Shown here: piece by piece, positions 1 to 11,799 of the stretch | Numbering within the stretch: the stretch's first letter is position 1 | How the letters are laid out: each line of letters begins with the position of its first letter | Source of the DNA: Lepidodermella squamata | Taxonomy: Eukaryota > Animalia > Gastrotricha | DNA: 64,000 nt | Reading direction: 5' to 3' | NCBI GenBank assembly: GCA_047495785.1 | Contig: JBLDXI010000004.1 | Span: 496,001-560,000, forward strand | Program-made: the position numbers and the translations under genes | The notes under the pieces: model-generated | The model's input: only the letters and a program-made list of their open reading frames with translations | Told to the model about the DNA's origin: nothing | Databases searched by the model: none

Positions 1-1385
1 ATTCATAGGGTAAACTCTCTCTCTCTCTCTTATGTTCCACTTATTGTTCAAACATGACCAGAGTCTGCGTTTGAATGGGCATACTTTCATAGTTTCCCAT
101 TCCCGGAGAATTTCCCAGGAATTATGGACCAGCTGAGCCAATGTTTCTACTGATTCTGATTCTGATACTGATTTTATTATGCATTTTGTTTCACAACAGT
201 TAGCAATAGGTTAGTTCTCGGCGCCTCGCCTCAGAGGTCGTAAAATCCACTAGTTCATCTGACTTAGATTTAAGATATCGCAGAAACACAGTATGAGAAT
301 TATTGACAATACTTGAGGGCAGCCGGTTCATGTTGAAAGGTCATGTTGAAAGCGTCTGATTTCAAGAGGACACAGTCCTAGTTTTTTACATCTTTCATAA
401 TACGAGGCACCGTCAATCGATGAATAGTAGTCACTTCTATACAAAAGGCGTTTAGTGAACCGGGCTACTATTCAGCCCTTAAATCATGAAACTGCTAAGA
501 AAGGACTTTTTACGCTATTGGTTTTAATATAATTTGCGGTTATCCTTCTCCATTATCTCGCATTTTGATATCCTTCTTAAATTTTTCGCTTGAAAAAGCG
601 GTCACATCTTTTTCTGATCAATCGAATTTCATGTTTATCAAATATGAGCAGTTGATCTGTTGCAACAAACTGAACTAAAACCTTGCCCGAAGCTCGCGGA
701 ATCGCTGAGATTTGCAGCCACACGAGGTCAATAGTAGAATCACACAAAGTTAACGAAGTTGGTAGCATTCAAGAATTGCTAGGATGACTTGTATTCCTGC
801 ATCCTAAGAAAGATAGCGGATTGTCTTGATAATGTGATCTGGTTAGCAATTAGCAACGAAACCGCCGTATTTGAGGAATGCTTGACATGCAACTCGCTTG
901 ACATTATTCGTATACGACAAAACGTGATCCACCATTCCAGTTTGGGTTTCACGATTTTTGCGCGGACTTCTTACGGAAATACTACGTCACATTTATTCCG
1001 ATGGTGCCGTCATCAATTCTTGAAAATTACTAGTTCATTTCGGTTTTAAGTGATACATTTTCAGAAGTCTTTACAGACCGCTTGTTTCCTAATTGCGAAA
1101 CTTCAAAGATTTATCCGCTAAAGCTTCCATGGACGAGATCTACTTCCAGTAATATTACGTGTTCACAAATATCATTCTATAATTTATCGTAGAATCAAAG
1201 GAGTTTTTTTAGAATGGCTCATTCTAAAATAGCTAATAATGATTCATTACTATCTTATTCCAATATCTCCCGAAGCTATCTAATTGTACATCTAATAGTA
1301 CAGTAATATTACATCCAATTAGCTGCTGTATTAAATTTTAATTTCTACATTGTTGATAGGATTATTTTACTTAACCGAACCACTA

Positions 1386-2330
1386 ATGATCGACGCTAAC
1401 AATCCCGCCCTCCAACCCGGCGAAATCATCAAATATTGGGGAACCGATTTCTCGGCCCTGATCGACTTCGATACCGCATCGGCTATCAGCAATCTGAATA
1501 AGAACTTGAATAAACTTGTCGCATGCACCTGGTTTCGCGGAGATCAAAAGCTCACGCGGCTGAACCAGTAAGTTTGGCCAACCCTCGTGTACCCTCTACA
1601 AACCGCACCGCTGAACAAGCTGCCGCGATCATGCCTGGAGAATGTGGACAAGATAGTCAGATCAGCCGTGAAGGGAGTGCTACTCCTGCCAACCCCGACA
1701 CCCGACGCATTCCTTTACGCCGCCAGGCGCTGCCGCGGACTCGCAATCAGGCGAGCATCGTGGGAGGCGTTCATCCAACACTACGCTATTTGCATGAAGC
1801 TTGCCTCGATCAACAACGACCAACTCGAGAAAGCTGACCCTACCCGACGACCGCCAGGCAACGAGCCGCGATCTCAGGAAACCGAAACGCGATTCGTGTT
1901 TTAAGGAGTGGTGTTCGAAACCCACAGGTGAGGGCGCTGTGTGATTCAAGGAATATCCCGCGGGTAACAACCTGATCCTGAATAAAACCGGCCTCTCGTC
2001 GAGCGAGTACACCTGCGCAATTAAGATGACGGCGAGATCTGTGTCAGTGAGAAGCAGTAAGTTTGCTGCAAGCGACGGGACCACCACTGCGGCGCTGAGA
2101 AAGAAACTCTTGGTCATGTCCTCGGCGCTTGTCATTTCAACTCGCTGATGATCACCAGTCGTCATGATAAAATCCGCTCGATGATCGCTACGGCACTACG
2201 GAAGAACGGGATGAAAGTGCACGAGGTAAGTCGCGGTAAAGGAGACAGACGGCGCGTGGAGACGAGTCGACATCATCGCGTACGATCCGAGGACGAAGGA
2301 GGGAAAATTAGCGAAATTCCGGCAAAAGGT
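1386..2330 (+). mobile_element. Degenerate RLE-type (R2/NeSL/Utopia-like) non-LTR retrotransposon, 3' part
   Basis: Broken reading frames give a post-RT thumb region (QKLTRLNQ..YPLQ..VDKIVRSAVKGVLLLP..TPDAFLY..GLAI..WEA), a zinc-knuckle remnant (ETLGHVLGAC) and RHDKIRSMIA preceding the restriction-like endonuclease. Stops and frameshifts are present; boundaries are approximate. Confidence 0.75.
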
Positions 2331-2793
2331 CGCTACTATACTATTGCTGAGTGCTGGCTCTTCCGATATTATTCAACCTGTTATCGCCATTTCTGTTGAA
2401 ACAAAGTGTGATAAATTATTCTCTTGGTTTCATTTCATTTCTTCATTTTCAATTGTTTCGCTGCGTTGAAAATAAAGATGGACGGCACCGGGTCACGGAT
2501 AATAATACTTTTTCATTGGTCTCGGCAGCTCGTTTTTGCTAACTGTATAATTTTCAATCGAAGAATTGCAGAAAAGCGCGAGAAAACTTTGAAGAATTAT
2601 GGGAAGGATAAGCGAAGAAGATGAATTTATCTTCTTTTATCTTCAAGAGTCCAAGAACGCAAGATAGCAATCGCAGCTAATGGCAATTTTATAGCCCTTG
2701 AACCGAAGATAGTAATTTGGGATGCAACCGCAATATAGCCGTATATAGAAATATGCGCTAGCACTGGCGGTCTCTTACGTCGCAACACGAACG

Positions 2794-3393
2794 ATTTGCA
2801 CCTTGCCGGATTCGCACGAACTCGGAAAGCGAACACACGACGCGCCCGTCATTGTAACGGCACTCACAGTGTTGCACATTCTGTACATTGATACGTCGTT
2901 CGTGGCCATACACATCGCAACTGGCGCGCTGCTGATCACCAGCTGGATGTACTGGATGGTCGATGGCACGGCGCTCAAACCAGTACAACAGCTCAGGAAT
3001 GAGTTCGAGGTCGTTCCCGTCGGCTACAGGTTTCAAATAGACCGAAATTCGACAAATTCAAGTGAAAACCTACAGAAGCGCCTGTAATTCCTGAGCACGT
3101 GCCAGTTGAAAGGCAGAAAGTGGCCGGAATGGCTAAGACATTTGTGTTGACAGAGCATCGAGCAAATTGGCCCTGGAAAATTCAAACGTGACTAAAGAAT
3201 TATCGGCCTGCGTGAAATTTCATACCGAAGTCGCGCAAGCTGATTTGGGGCAAGCGGTCTGATAGCAAGAGGTGCCAGAAGGGCAAATTACAACTGAAGG
3301 ACAAATAGTTGCCTCGGATGTCGTTGTTGGCGGGCAGGTTATGGCTAGGTCGGCGATCAAAACCACCGCCAGTAGCAGACGGGCAGCTTGCAT
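2794..3393 (-). pseudogene. 3'-truncated mirror copy of Cys-module gene H
   Basis: Reverse complement of 9274-9873. It breaks off inside exon 3 at the arm boundary and lacks the downstream exon found at 9949-10092. Confidence 0.7.
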
Positions 3394-4083
3394 GGTTGTT
3401 GTTTTTACCAATCGACAAAAGTAAAATTTAGTCAGATTCACTTTGGCTATCATTTTACAGAACGTAACGTGTCCATCGGGACTCAATTAAAGTCCAGATG
3501 TAGAGCCCAGGGAAGAATGGATGAAAAACATTGCGTGGTATATTCTCTGTTACTGGAAATGAAATCTGACTTTTTGAATTGGCTTCAGTGAATGGTAACG
3601 GGATTGTTAAAATTGAGACAATGAATAACAGCTCAATTACTTTTAATGCCATTTGCCGTTGGTTACTAAACAAAGGAAGTTTAGTCGTGATACCGAGGAT
3701 CTTTGCTTTTATTAATGGCCACAAAAAAACCAGAGTAATAAGAGAAGCTTTTTATTCATACTCTATAGTAAACGTAATTCGCAAAAACTCGGAGGGTTCA
3801 TTAAAAGTTTCCAGTTATTTGTATCCAGCTATAGAAATCTATCAAGACTGAACGCCAACGCATCTGTCGACCGTAACGCCGAACTGAATTGGAGCGATGT
3901 AGCTGGGGACTTCATATATGTGCAACTGGTTCGGTAGGTACTAAACGAAGTCCACGTTATTCTGGGAGACGAAAACAACAACATATTTAGAATTGTTGTG
4001 CAAAGATGATCAGCTCACAAATAGCGCTGCTACCCAGTCGTAAAAAAATAGATCCTAGCTAGACCCAAACCGCTATTATTGGG

Positions 4084-4325
4084 TGTGAGGGTCTGCTCCC
4101 GCAGCCTCACTGCGTCACCTTGACGTCGCACGCTAGCCTGGTGTTTGGCGGGCTCCCGTCTTATTTAAATTGAGGAACGAAGATTAAATAAATGGAATGA
4201 ATAGTCGCTACATTCGTGTTTTTATTTTATTAATTGGAGTTTTATTAGTTCGGTTTCCCGATTTTACCTTCGGTTTGAGAGTAGAGTTTGCCGCAGTGTT
4301 TTCCATCCTTGAACCAGGTCTCATA
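4084..4325 (+). mobile_element. 5' LTR of Gypsy-like element 1 (left copy)
   Basis: Begins TGTGAG and ends CTCA(TA). Internal TATTTAAA and AATAAA. Immediately followed by a PBS-like TGGCGCCGAGACCCG at 4327, then gag. Confidence 0.7.
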
Positions 4326-4628
4326 TTGGCGCCGAGACCCGTCTCACTTCGGTCTACGTCAATCAAGGTAAGTTTCGGTAGGTAAGAGTAAAAACAACTG
4401 TGGCAAAAGTCACGAAATACTGGGATCAAAAGATCTCGCCATTTATTGAGTATCAAGTGATCAAAAGAATCACACCCAACTGAGGTCAACTCGATCTCAT
4501 CGCAACTCGAATTACACGAGAGCGCATTGCGAATTCGGATCATAAAATCACCCTACATTGAAATAACAGATTCAACCCGGGCATCATCAATAAACAGTCA
4601 CCTAGTGTGATCACAAAATATTAGCAAA

Positions 4629-5609
4629 ATGTCATACTCCAGAAAATCAATCCTAATTCCACAGCCCGCTGATCCTGAACCTTTCAAGACAGCAATGTGT
4701 GAAGGAACCCGACTGTTCTATGAAAAGGTAGAAAAGTACGATCCAAGGAAACATAATTTCTCCGAATGGATCGACAATGCGAGTCTCTACCTAGAGGCAT
4801 GCAAGGTCCGCGGAGCCAACAACAAACTGCAAGCCATCCTAACACTGGTTGCCGAAAGAAGGGCAAAAGCCATAGAGGATGAGTTGAATAAAAGCACGAT
4901 CTCGTACGATCAGTGTGTCGCCAGGCTAAGACAAGTCGAATGCGCCACGATGAGCATCGGTGTCGCCCGAGTCGCTCTGAAACAACTCTGCCAAGGGCAA
5001 GACTCCCTCGACGATTTCATCAACCAGCTAGAGGCACTATCAGCGCAAGCGTACCCCGAAGACGAAGATAAAAGAAATGAGATGGCTACTTTCATTCTCG
5101 TCGGCGGCATGAAGCCGTCAAAAATCCGGGATGAACTGATCGACGCGATCAACGAGACCCCTGACTTGCCTTATGCCGAAGCTTTGAAAATAATAGATAA
5201 ACAGAAGTCGGCTTTCGAGTCAAAAGCAGTGAGGGCGAAACTAACGGGTCAGATCACAGCGAGTCAACTAGCAGATCCTGATCCAAGCAACTTACCAGAT
5301 TCAAATTCAGCATCGGATGAAATTGCCGAAATGCGCAAAGAGATCGCGTTCCTCAAGAAAGAACTAGCCCAGCGACAATTTGAAAGTCCACGCACACATG
5401 CACATACGCAGTTTTCGTTCCCAAACCCGACATACGCCAACGCATTTGGCAACACAAATGGGTACAACCCACCTCCATCCGCGTTTCCAGCCCAACAAAA
5501 TGTTCACATTTTGGATACGCCTCACGCACACACTGGCAGGGAGTGTGTGTGTGTACTCACGTATAATTGGCGACTGGCCAAGGAAGTTGGCAGTCGGCCA
5601 AGGGAATAA
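4629..5609 (+). pseudogene. gag: Gypsy gag of element 1, interrupted at 5543 by a second LTR element
   Basis: Matches the 389-aa gag at 6869-8038 up to HAHTGRE (one substitution), then reads into unrelated LTR sequence; the CCHC knuckle is missing. Confidence 0.85.
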
Positions 5610-5954
5610 AATAACGTGGTTGGCAACTGGCCAAGGAGTTTGGCAGTTGGCCATGGAATGTCGGCATCGAGCCAACACAAGAATTAAACATAAATATACT
5701 AAATTCCTTAGATCTATCCGGCCTATATAAGCGCCGTTGAAAACGTGCAAGAATCATCATTTTATGCAAATAATAAAACCTTTGACTTATACTCTTGGAC
5801 TTAGCATTTTCGCGACTTTCTTTTGGTTGCTATTGTATTTCATTTACAAGAAGTTTTACGAGCCGCATATTAATCCTTCGCAGGAATAATTCAGTAGTAC
5901 AAGAACTCACGAGAGATATTACTTTTCATTAGTTTACAAAGTTTCCGTACTACA
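5544..5954 (+). mobile_element. 5' LTR of a second LTR retrotransposon nested in gag of element 1
   Basis: Starts TGTG exactly where gag identity ends. Contains four TTGGCRRYYGGCCA-like repeats, TATATAAG (~5724) and AATAAA (~5772), and ends ACTACA. A PBS-like TGGTGGCC (5962) and a gag-like ORF follow. Confidence 0.65.
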
Positions 5955-6028
5955 TCTTTTCTGGTGGCCACTGGTAGCTACAAATCGGCGAATTCTTGGC
6001 TCTTGGTTAATCAATTACCGGTCCGACG

Positions 6029-6388
6029 ATGTCATTTGAGATTCAACGATCACTCAACGCATTTCCGAAAATCTCTGGTACGAACTACGAGCGATTCCAA
6101 GAAAGCTGGCAGCAGTTTATCGCCCTTGCTCGCGCCTGTGGCGCCAAGGACGAGGATCCGGATGCTGTCGGTGGGGTAGATTCCGAAGCCTTGATTGCTA
6201 GGCGCAAAGTCATCGCAGTCCTGCCCTTGTATCTCACAGGACGACTGCTCGAAGTTTGGCAAGAATCAACAGCAGCCAAAACTTGCACGAAACTCTCAGC
6301 AGCGAAAACCATACTGGAGGAAGGCGCCAACCTTCAACCAGATAAAGCCCTAAGCGAGATGACTTTCATGGCTCGACTCGAGCCATGA
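6029..6388 (+). pseudogene. N-terminal gag fragment of LTR element 2
   Basis: F..SWQQFIALARACG...KVIAVLPLYLTGRLLEVW resembles the N-terminus of a retrotransposon capsid. It lies downstream of the LTR/PBS and is truncated at the central hairpin. Confidence 0.6.
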
Positions 6389-6398
6389 AAGTCATCTC
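6356..6398. repeat. Perfect hairpin palindrome (21-bp arms, 1-nt loop) at the rearrangement junction
   Basis: GAGATGACTTTCATGGCTCGA-C-TCGAGCCATGAAAGTCATCTC. Confidence 0.95.
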
Positions 6399-6401
6399 TT
6401 A

Positions 6402-6881
6402 TCACCTTTTTACAGTAACTCTGGGCATGTTAATGCACCAGACCACGTTGTTTTCATCGTCCTCGAATTTCAAATTTCCATTTTTATGTTCTGTTATGGC
6501 TTTATTTTTCCTTAGGAATTCTCTGCCTAGAATTACTGTGTCTTTCAGTACAGTGTCAGCGATGATAAAAGTATCGTTGAACCTTTTCAAACCAAGTTTA
6601 AAATCGATCGTGATTTGACCATGATTGGGCAAGAGGTTATCATTACCCCACCGTAGAATTATTGGACAGCTTTCACGTTTCACACCTTTCAATTTATTTA
6701 CAACAGATAAAGGAATCAGGTTAAATTTCGAACCCGTATCGATGACACATACAGACTCATTTACGTCGGATAAGGAAATAACGTAGGCTAACATATCTCG
6801 AGTTTCATTATTCTCTACTGTACACAGGACACTATTTACATTGTCTGCGTCTGTCTTCGACCGGGTCTTTACTGGTTTTTT
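6402..6881 (-). pseudogene. pol: Truncated pol of element 1 (aspartic protease), entered by -1 frameshift
   Basis: VIDTGS catalytic motif and ILGREFL. The frame is open back to an A-AAA-AAC slippery heptamer (6875-6881) just before the gag stop. RT and integrase are absent. Confidence 0.85.
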
Positions 6882-8038
6882 GGAGAATTCTGATTGAGTG
6901 GACAGTTGCGTTGAATATGCCCCGGCTGTTTACAGTTGTAACAAGCAAAGCCTTTCGACGCAGCGGGGGCAGTGGCTGGGGCGTTCAACTGGTAAGTTTG
7001 GACTTGTTGCCCAACTTGCTGTACCTGTGCGGCCAATGAGCCGTTCTGACTTTGTTGAACTGCCTGTTGGTTCGGGGCATTTCTGTTGGGAGGAATTAGC
7101 TGAGATTTTATCGGGGCTAAGGGCTCCCTGCCAGTGTGTGCGTGAGGCGTATCCAAAATGTGAAAATTTTGTTGGGCTGGAAACGCGGATGGAGGTGGGT
7201 TGTACCCATTTGTGTTGCCAAATGCGTTGGCGTATGTCGGGTTTGGGAACGAAAACTGCGTATGTGCATGTGTGCGTGGACTTTCAAATTGTCGCTGGGC
7301 TAGTTCTTTCTTGAGGAACGCGATCTCTTTGCGCATTTCGGCAATTTCATCCGATGCTGAATTTGAATCTGGTAAGTTGCTTGGATCAGGATCTGCTAGT
7401 TGACTCGCTGTGATCTGACCCGTTAGTTTCGCCCTCACTGCTTTTGACTCGAAAGCCGACTTCTGTTTATCTATTATTTTCAAAGCTTCGGCATAAGGCA
7501 AGTCAGGGGTCTCGTTGATCGCGTCGATCAGTTCATCCCGGATTTTTGACGGCTTCATGCCGCCGACGAGAATGAAAGTAGCCATCTCATTTCTTTTATC
7601 TTCGTCTTCGGGGTACGCTTGCGCTGATAGTGCCTCTAGCTGGTTGATGAAATCGTCGAGGGAGTCTTGCCCTTGGCAGAGTTGTTTCAGAGCGACTCGG
7701 GCGACACCGATGCTCATCGTGGCGCATTCGACTTGTCTTAGCCTGGCGACACACTGATCGTACGAGATCGTGCTTTTATTCAACTCATCCTCTATGGCTT
7801 TTGCCCTTCTTTCGGCAACCAGTGTTAGGATGGCTTGCAGTTTGTTGTTGGCTCCGCGGACCTTGCATGCCTCTAGGTAGAGACTCGCATTGTCGATCCA
7901 TTCGGAGAAATTATGTTTCCTTGGATCGTACTTTTCTACCTTTTCATAGAACAGTCGGGTTCCTTCACACATTGCTGTCTTGAAAGGTTCAGGATCAGCG
8001 GGCTGTGGAATTAGGATTGATTTTCTGGAGTATGACAT
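6869..8038 (-). CDS. gag: Gypsy-like gag (389 aa) with CCHC zinc knuckle
   Basis: Capsid-like region (LKQLCQGQDSLDDFINQLEALSAQAYP) and CYNCKQPGHIQRNC knuckle, followed by the protease. Confidence 0.9.
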   Translation of the reverse strand: MSYSRKSILIPQPADPEPFKTAMCEGTRLFYEKVEKYDPRKHNFSEWIDNASLYLEACKVRGANNKLQAILTLVAERRAKAIEDELNKSTISYDQCVARLRQVECATMSIGVARVALKQLCQGQDSLDDFINQLEALSAQAYPEDEDKRNEMATFILVGGMKPSKIRDELIDAINETPDLPYAEALKIIDKQKSAFESKAVRAKLTGQITASQLADPDPSNLPDSNSASDEIAEMRKEIAFLKKELAQRQFESPRTHAHTQFSFPNPTYANAFGNTNGYNPPPSAFPAQQNFHILDTPHAHTGREPLAPIKSQLIPPNRNAPNQQAVQQSQNGSLAAQVQQVGQQVQTYQLNAPATAPAASKGFACYNCKQPGHIQRNCPLNQNSPKNQ

Positions 8039-9873
8039 TTTGCTAATATTTTGTGATCACACTAGGTGACTGTTTATTGATGATGCCCGGGTTGAATCTG
8101 TTATTTCAATGTAGGGTGATTTTATGATCCGAATTCGCAATGCGCTCTCGTGTAATTCGAGTTGCGATGAGATCGAGTTGACCTCAGTTGGGTGTGATTC
8201 TTTTGATCACTTGATACTCAATAAATGGCGAGATCTTTTGATCCCAGTATTTCGTGACTTTTGCCACAGTTGTTTTTACTCTTACCTACCGAAACTTACC
8301 TTGATTGACGTAGACCGAAGTGAGACGGGTCTCGGCGCCAATATGAGACCTGGTTCAAGGATGGAAAACACTGCGGCAAACTCTACTCTCAAACCGAAGG
8401 TAAAATCGGGAAACCGAACTAATAAAACTCCAATTAATAAAATAAAAACACGAATGTAGCGACTATTCATTCCATTTATTTAATCTTCGTTCCTCAATTT
8501 AAATAAGACGGGAGCCCGCCAAACACCAGGCTAGCGTGCGACGTCAAGGTGACGCAGTGAGGCTGCGGGAGCAGACCCTCACACCCAATAATAGCGGTTT
8601 GGGTCTAGCTAGGATCTATTTTTTTACGACTGGGTAGCAGCGCTATTTGTGAGCTGATCATCTTTGCACAACAATTCTAAATATGTTGTTGTTTTCGTCT
8701 CCCAGAATAACGTGGACTTCGTTTAGTACCTACCGAACCAGTTGCACATATATGAAGTCCCCAGCTACATCGCTCCAATTCAGTTCGGCGTTACGGTCGA
8801 CAGATGCGTTGGCGTTCAGTCTTGATAGATTTCTATAGCTGGATACAAATAACTGGAAACTTTTAATGAACCCTCCGAGTTTTTGCGAATTACGTTTACT
8901 ATAGAGTATGAATAAAAAGCTTCTCTTATTACTCTGGTTTTTTTGTGGCCATTAATAAAAGCAAAGATCCTCGGTATCACGACTAAACTTCCTTTGTTTA
9001 GTAACCAACGGCAAATGGCATTAAAAGTAATTGAGCTGTTATTCATTGTCTCAATTTTAACAATCCCGTTACCATTCACTGAAGCCAATTCAAAAAGTCA
9101 GATTTCATTTCCAGTAACAGAGAATATACCACGCAATGTTTTTCATCCATTCTTCCCTGGGCTCTACATCTGGACTTTAATTGAGTCCCGATGGACACGT
9201 TACGTTCTGTAAAATGATAGCCAAAGTGAATCTGACTAAATTTTACTTTTGTCGATTGGTAAAAACAACAACCATGCAAGCTGCCCGTCTGCTACTGGCG
9301 GTGGTTTTGATCGCCGACCTAGCCATAACCTGCCCGCCAACAACGACATCCGAGGCAACTATTTGTCCTTCAGTTGTAATTTGCCCTTCTGGCACCTCTT
9401 GCTATCAGACCGCTTGCCCCAAATCAGCTTGCGCGACTTCGGTATGAAATTTCACGCAGGCCGATAATTCTTTAGTCACGTTTGAATTTTCCAGGGCCAA
9501 TTTGCTCGATGCTCTGTCAACACAAATGTCTTAGCCATTCCGGCCACTTTCTGCCTTTCAACTGGCACGTGCTCAGGAATTACAGGCGCTTCTGTAGGTT
9601 TTCACTTGAATTTGTCGAATTTCGGTCTATTTGAAACCTGTAGCCGACGGGAACGACCTCGAACTCATTCCTGAGCTGTTGTACTGGTTTGAGCGCCGTG
9701 CCATCGACCATCCAGTACATCCAGCTGGTGATCAGCAGCGCGCCAGTTGCGATGTGTATGGCCACGAACGACGTATCAATGTACAGAATGTGCAACACTG
9801 TGAGTGCCGTTACAATGACGGGCGCGTCGTGTGTTCGCTTTCCGAGTTCGTGCGAATCCGGCAAGGTGCAAAT
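7124..9873. repeat. Right arm of 2750-bp inverted duplication
   Basis: Reverse complement of 2794-5543. Confidence 0.97.
8342..8583 (-). mobile_element. 5' LTR of Gypsy-like element 1 (right copy)
   Basis: Mirror of 4084-4325. Confidence 0.7.
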
Positions 9874-10092
9874 ATCGACTGTGGCGATAGTGAGTTGAAA
9901 TTAAGTCATCACACAATAGCATTAATTGCTGGCTTTTGCATTTTACAGCAAGGTGTGATTAGTTTTGCCTACGCTAGTTTCCGTCTCTGTTGCAAAGGCA
10001 TTCAATCAGCTGCAATACATACATCGTCCAAATTCACATCGGCCGATATTCTCGGCGTTACGGTGGACTCGTGTATTGGGGTGCAAGCTTAA
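9274..10092 (+). CDS. Gene H: secreted Cys-rich protein with divergent four-Cys modules (>=4 exons; 3' end uncertain)
   Basis: Signal peptide MQAARLLLAVVLIADLAIT. Phase-0 GT-AG splicing joins GQFARCSVNT..FCLSTGTC / ..NSFLSCCTG and YRMCNTV..SCVRFPSSC / ..YASFRLCCKG, matching the module of the neighbouring genes. Confidence 0.65.
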
Positions 10093-10813
10093 TTGATATA
10101 TGGACAGCGACTAAAGCTCGCGAAATTGCGCTGTTATTAGTTTAGGAAACAACATTTCGAAGATAAGTAAAACCTTCTCAGCTGCTTACGTTGTTTCTAC
10201 TAAGTAAATCCTTTGTCTACGACACAATAACAATTGACTCACGGCCTCTTCGCCCCTTCCCAACCTGCGGTGTTAGGGATTCAGCTTACCTTCCAATTAG
10301 CGGACCCTCCAATTAGGAGCGATTAGCATGGTCCGCTGAACACAACGACGTTTTATTTCAGCGTTTCGCGGTAATTTAACAAAATTATAGAAAGCGTGGT
10401 CTTCGAAAGAGCCTGCTTGTCGTGAATAGTGATGCGCGCCGATTATTTTTTCTTTAATCGATTAAACTTCGATTTAAACTTCGATAATCGAATCGTGTTA
10501 ATCGCGATTAAATGTTCAATCGAATCGCCCGACAAATCGAATCGATTAATCGTGGGCGCTGTATTAAATTCAAGTAAAATCATAATCAGATAGTCTTGTT
10601 TTGAACGCGCTCCCAGCATTACTATCAACTCGTATCCCCAATCTGACAATTCCACGAGATTCTACGCAAAAAACCGAGTAATTCTATGTGCTATGTGTTA
10701 CTCGAAAGCAGATTCCGATTCCTCGTGAAAAACTACCTCCTCCTAGGTTTCTAAGGGGGGTTTCGACATGAAAAGAAGCGGTTTTGCCGATTTCTTTAAA
10801 ATTGTTATTTTTA

Positions 10814-11351
10814 CAGTAGAAGCTGTATAATCCGGACACCATCGGTCGCGGAAAATTTGTCCGCATTAGCGCGCTGTCCGCATTAGCGCGCTGTTCGCAT
10901 TAGCGCGCTGTCCGCATTGGGCGATCCCCTATATTCCGAGGCGCCCCTTGAAACGGCCTCAGCGGGCAGGATTAGGCCCCATTTTACGCGCAGGTATTGT
11001 TTGCTTTTCTAATTGGCACGCTCTTTAATTAGATTTGAGTGGTTTTTACACATAATTTGCAACTAATTTGCAAATAATTTCGCCAAGTAAGCGAAGATTT
11101 GTGACAATATCCCTAATCCACTCGGAGACATGGAGTTGAGTGGTGTCCTAAAGAGCCTAAAATACCCATATGGACAGTGCGACTGTAGCTAGAAAACTGG
11201 CCGTATTAGCACGCGTCCGCATTAAGAAGCTGTCCGCCTTAAAGAGCGCGATGTCCGCATGTTATAACGTAAACTCTGTCCGTCGCCCTAAAATCGTCTG
11301 GACTAGCCCGCTGTCCGCATTGCTGGGGTTCGGATTATATAGCTTCTACTG
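10814..11351. mobile_element. Tc1/mariner (pogo-like) MITE
   Basis: TIRs CAGTAGAAGCTGTATAATCCG / CGGATTATATAGCTTCTACTG, TA on both sides, and internal 17-bp GTCCGCATTAGCGCGCT tandem repeats. Confidence 0.85.
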
Positions 11352-11799
11352 TATAATCCAATTAGCAAGCAAGCAATGTTTTATTTCCAAAAATTAAAGT
11401 TAAGCACCGGCCACGGGTGGGCTTTTGGCGCATCAGACATATATAACTCGTACGTGTGTTTTCTGCATACAGGATAGGATAATATTATAATGATTCTGAT
11501 TATTTTACTAATTAATTGTTGGTGGGGTATGTGTGAATTTTTATCCAATTAATCCAATTAATTAATCAATTCAGTAGCCGGAAACGAAATGTACGCTAAC
11601 TTTTTACGCTGAACAAGATGATGCGAACCGTTAATTGATAGAGATAATTGGATAAGCGCAAATCGATAATCGATAATCGATAATCAATCAGTTTCTGTTT
11701 ATGCAAGCAATTTTCAAACAGCAAATATATTTTTCTTACCAAAGCATCCTCCTAATCGAACTAAATGCTTAGAAAAAGAATGCAATAGAATTGTTTCGG

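Larger units (their letters stand above)
2794..5543. repeat. Left arm of 2750-bp inverted duplication (partner 7124-9873)
   Basis: Mirror ORFs have coordinates summing to 12667 (e.g. 4629/8038). Arm ends were checked base by base. One mismatch noticed (5502; gag NVHIL vs NFHIL). Confidence 0.97.

Noticed and set aside
577-1330. Possible decayed APE endonuclease on the minus strand (STIDLVW..TDQ)
   Set aside because: Only one weak motif and frames are broken; not supportable without a search.
1300-2450. U2 snRNA or spliced-leader target sequence flanking the RLE retrotransposon
   Set aside because: No recognisable U2 or SL sequence seen, so the clade and target cannot be assigned.
2794-9873. 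A single giant TIR transposon (Foldback/Polinton/DIRS-like) explaining the inverted repeat
   Set aside because: The arms end inside a host exon, there is no TSD, and no transposase, polymerase or recombinase is present; the content is host DNA plus Gypsy fragments.
10858-10920. Tandem 17-bp repeats, and the TTCCGC arrays at 49190-49400, 49826-50020, 58620-58880 and 61365-61602, as CRISPR-like arrays
   Set aside because: No constant repeat with unique spacers; all lie inside TIR/TSD-bounded transposons in eukaryotic DNA.
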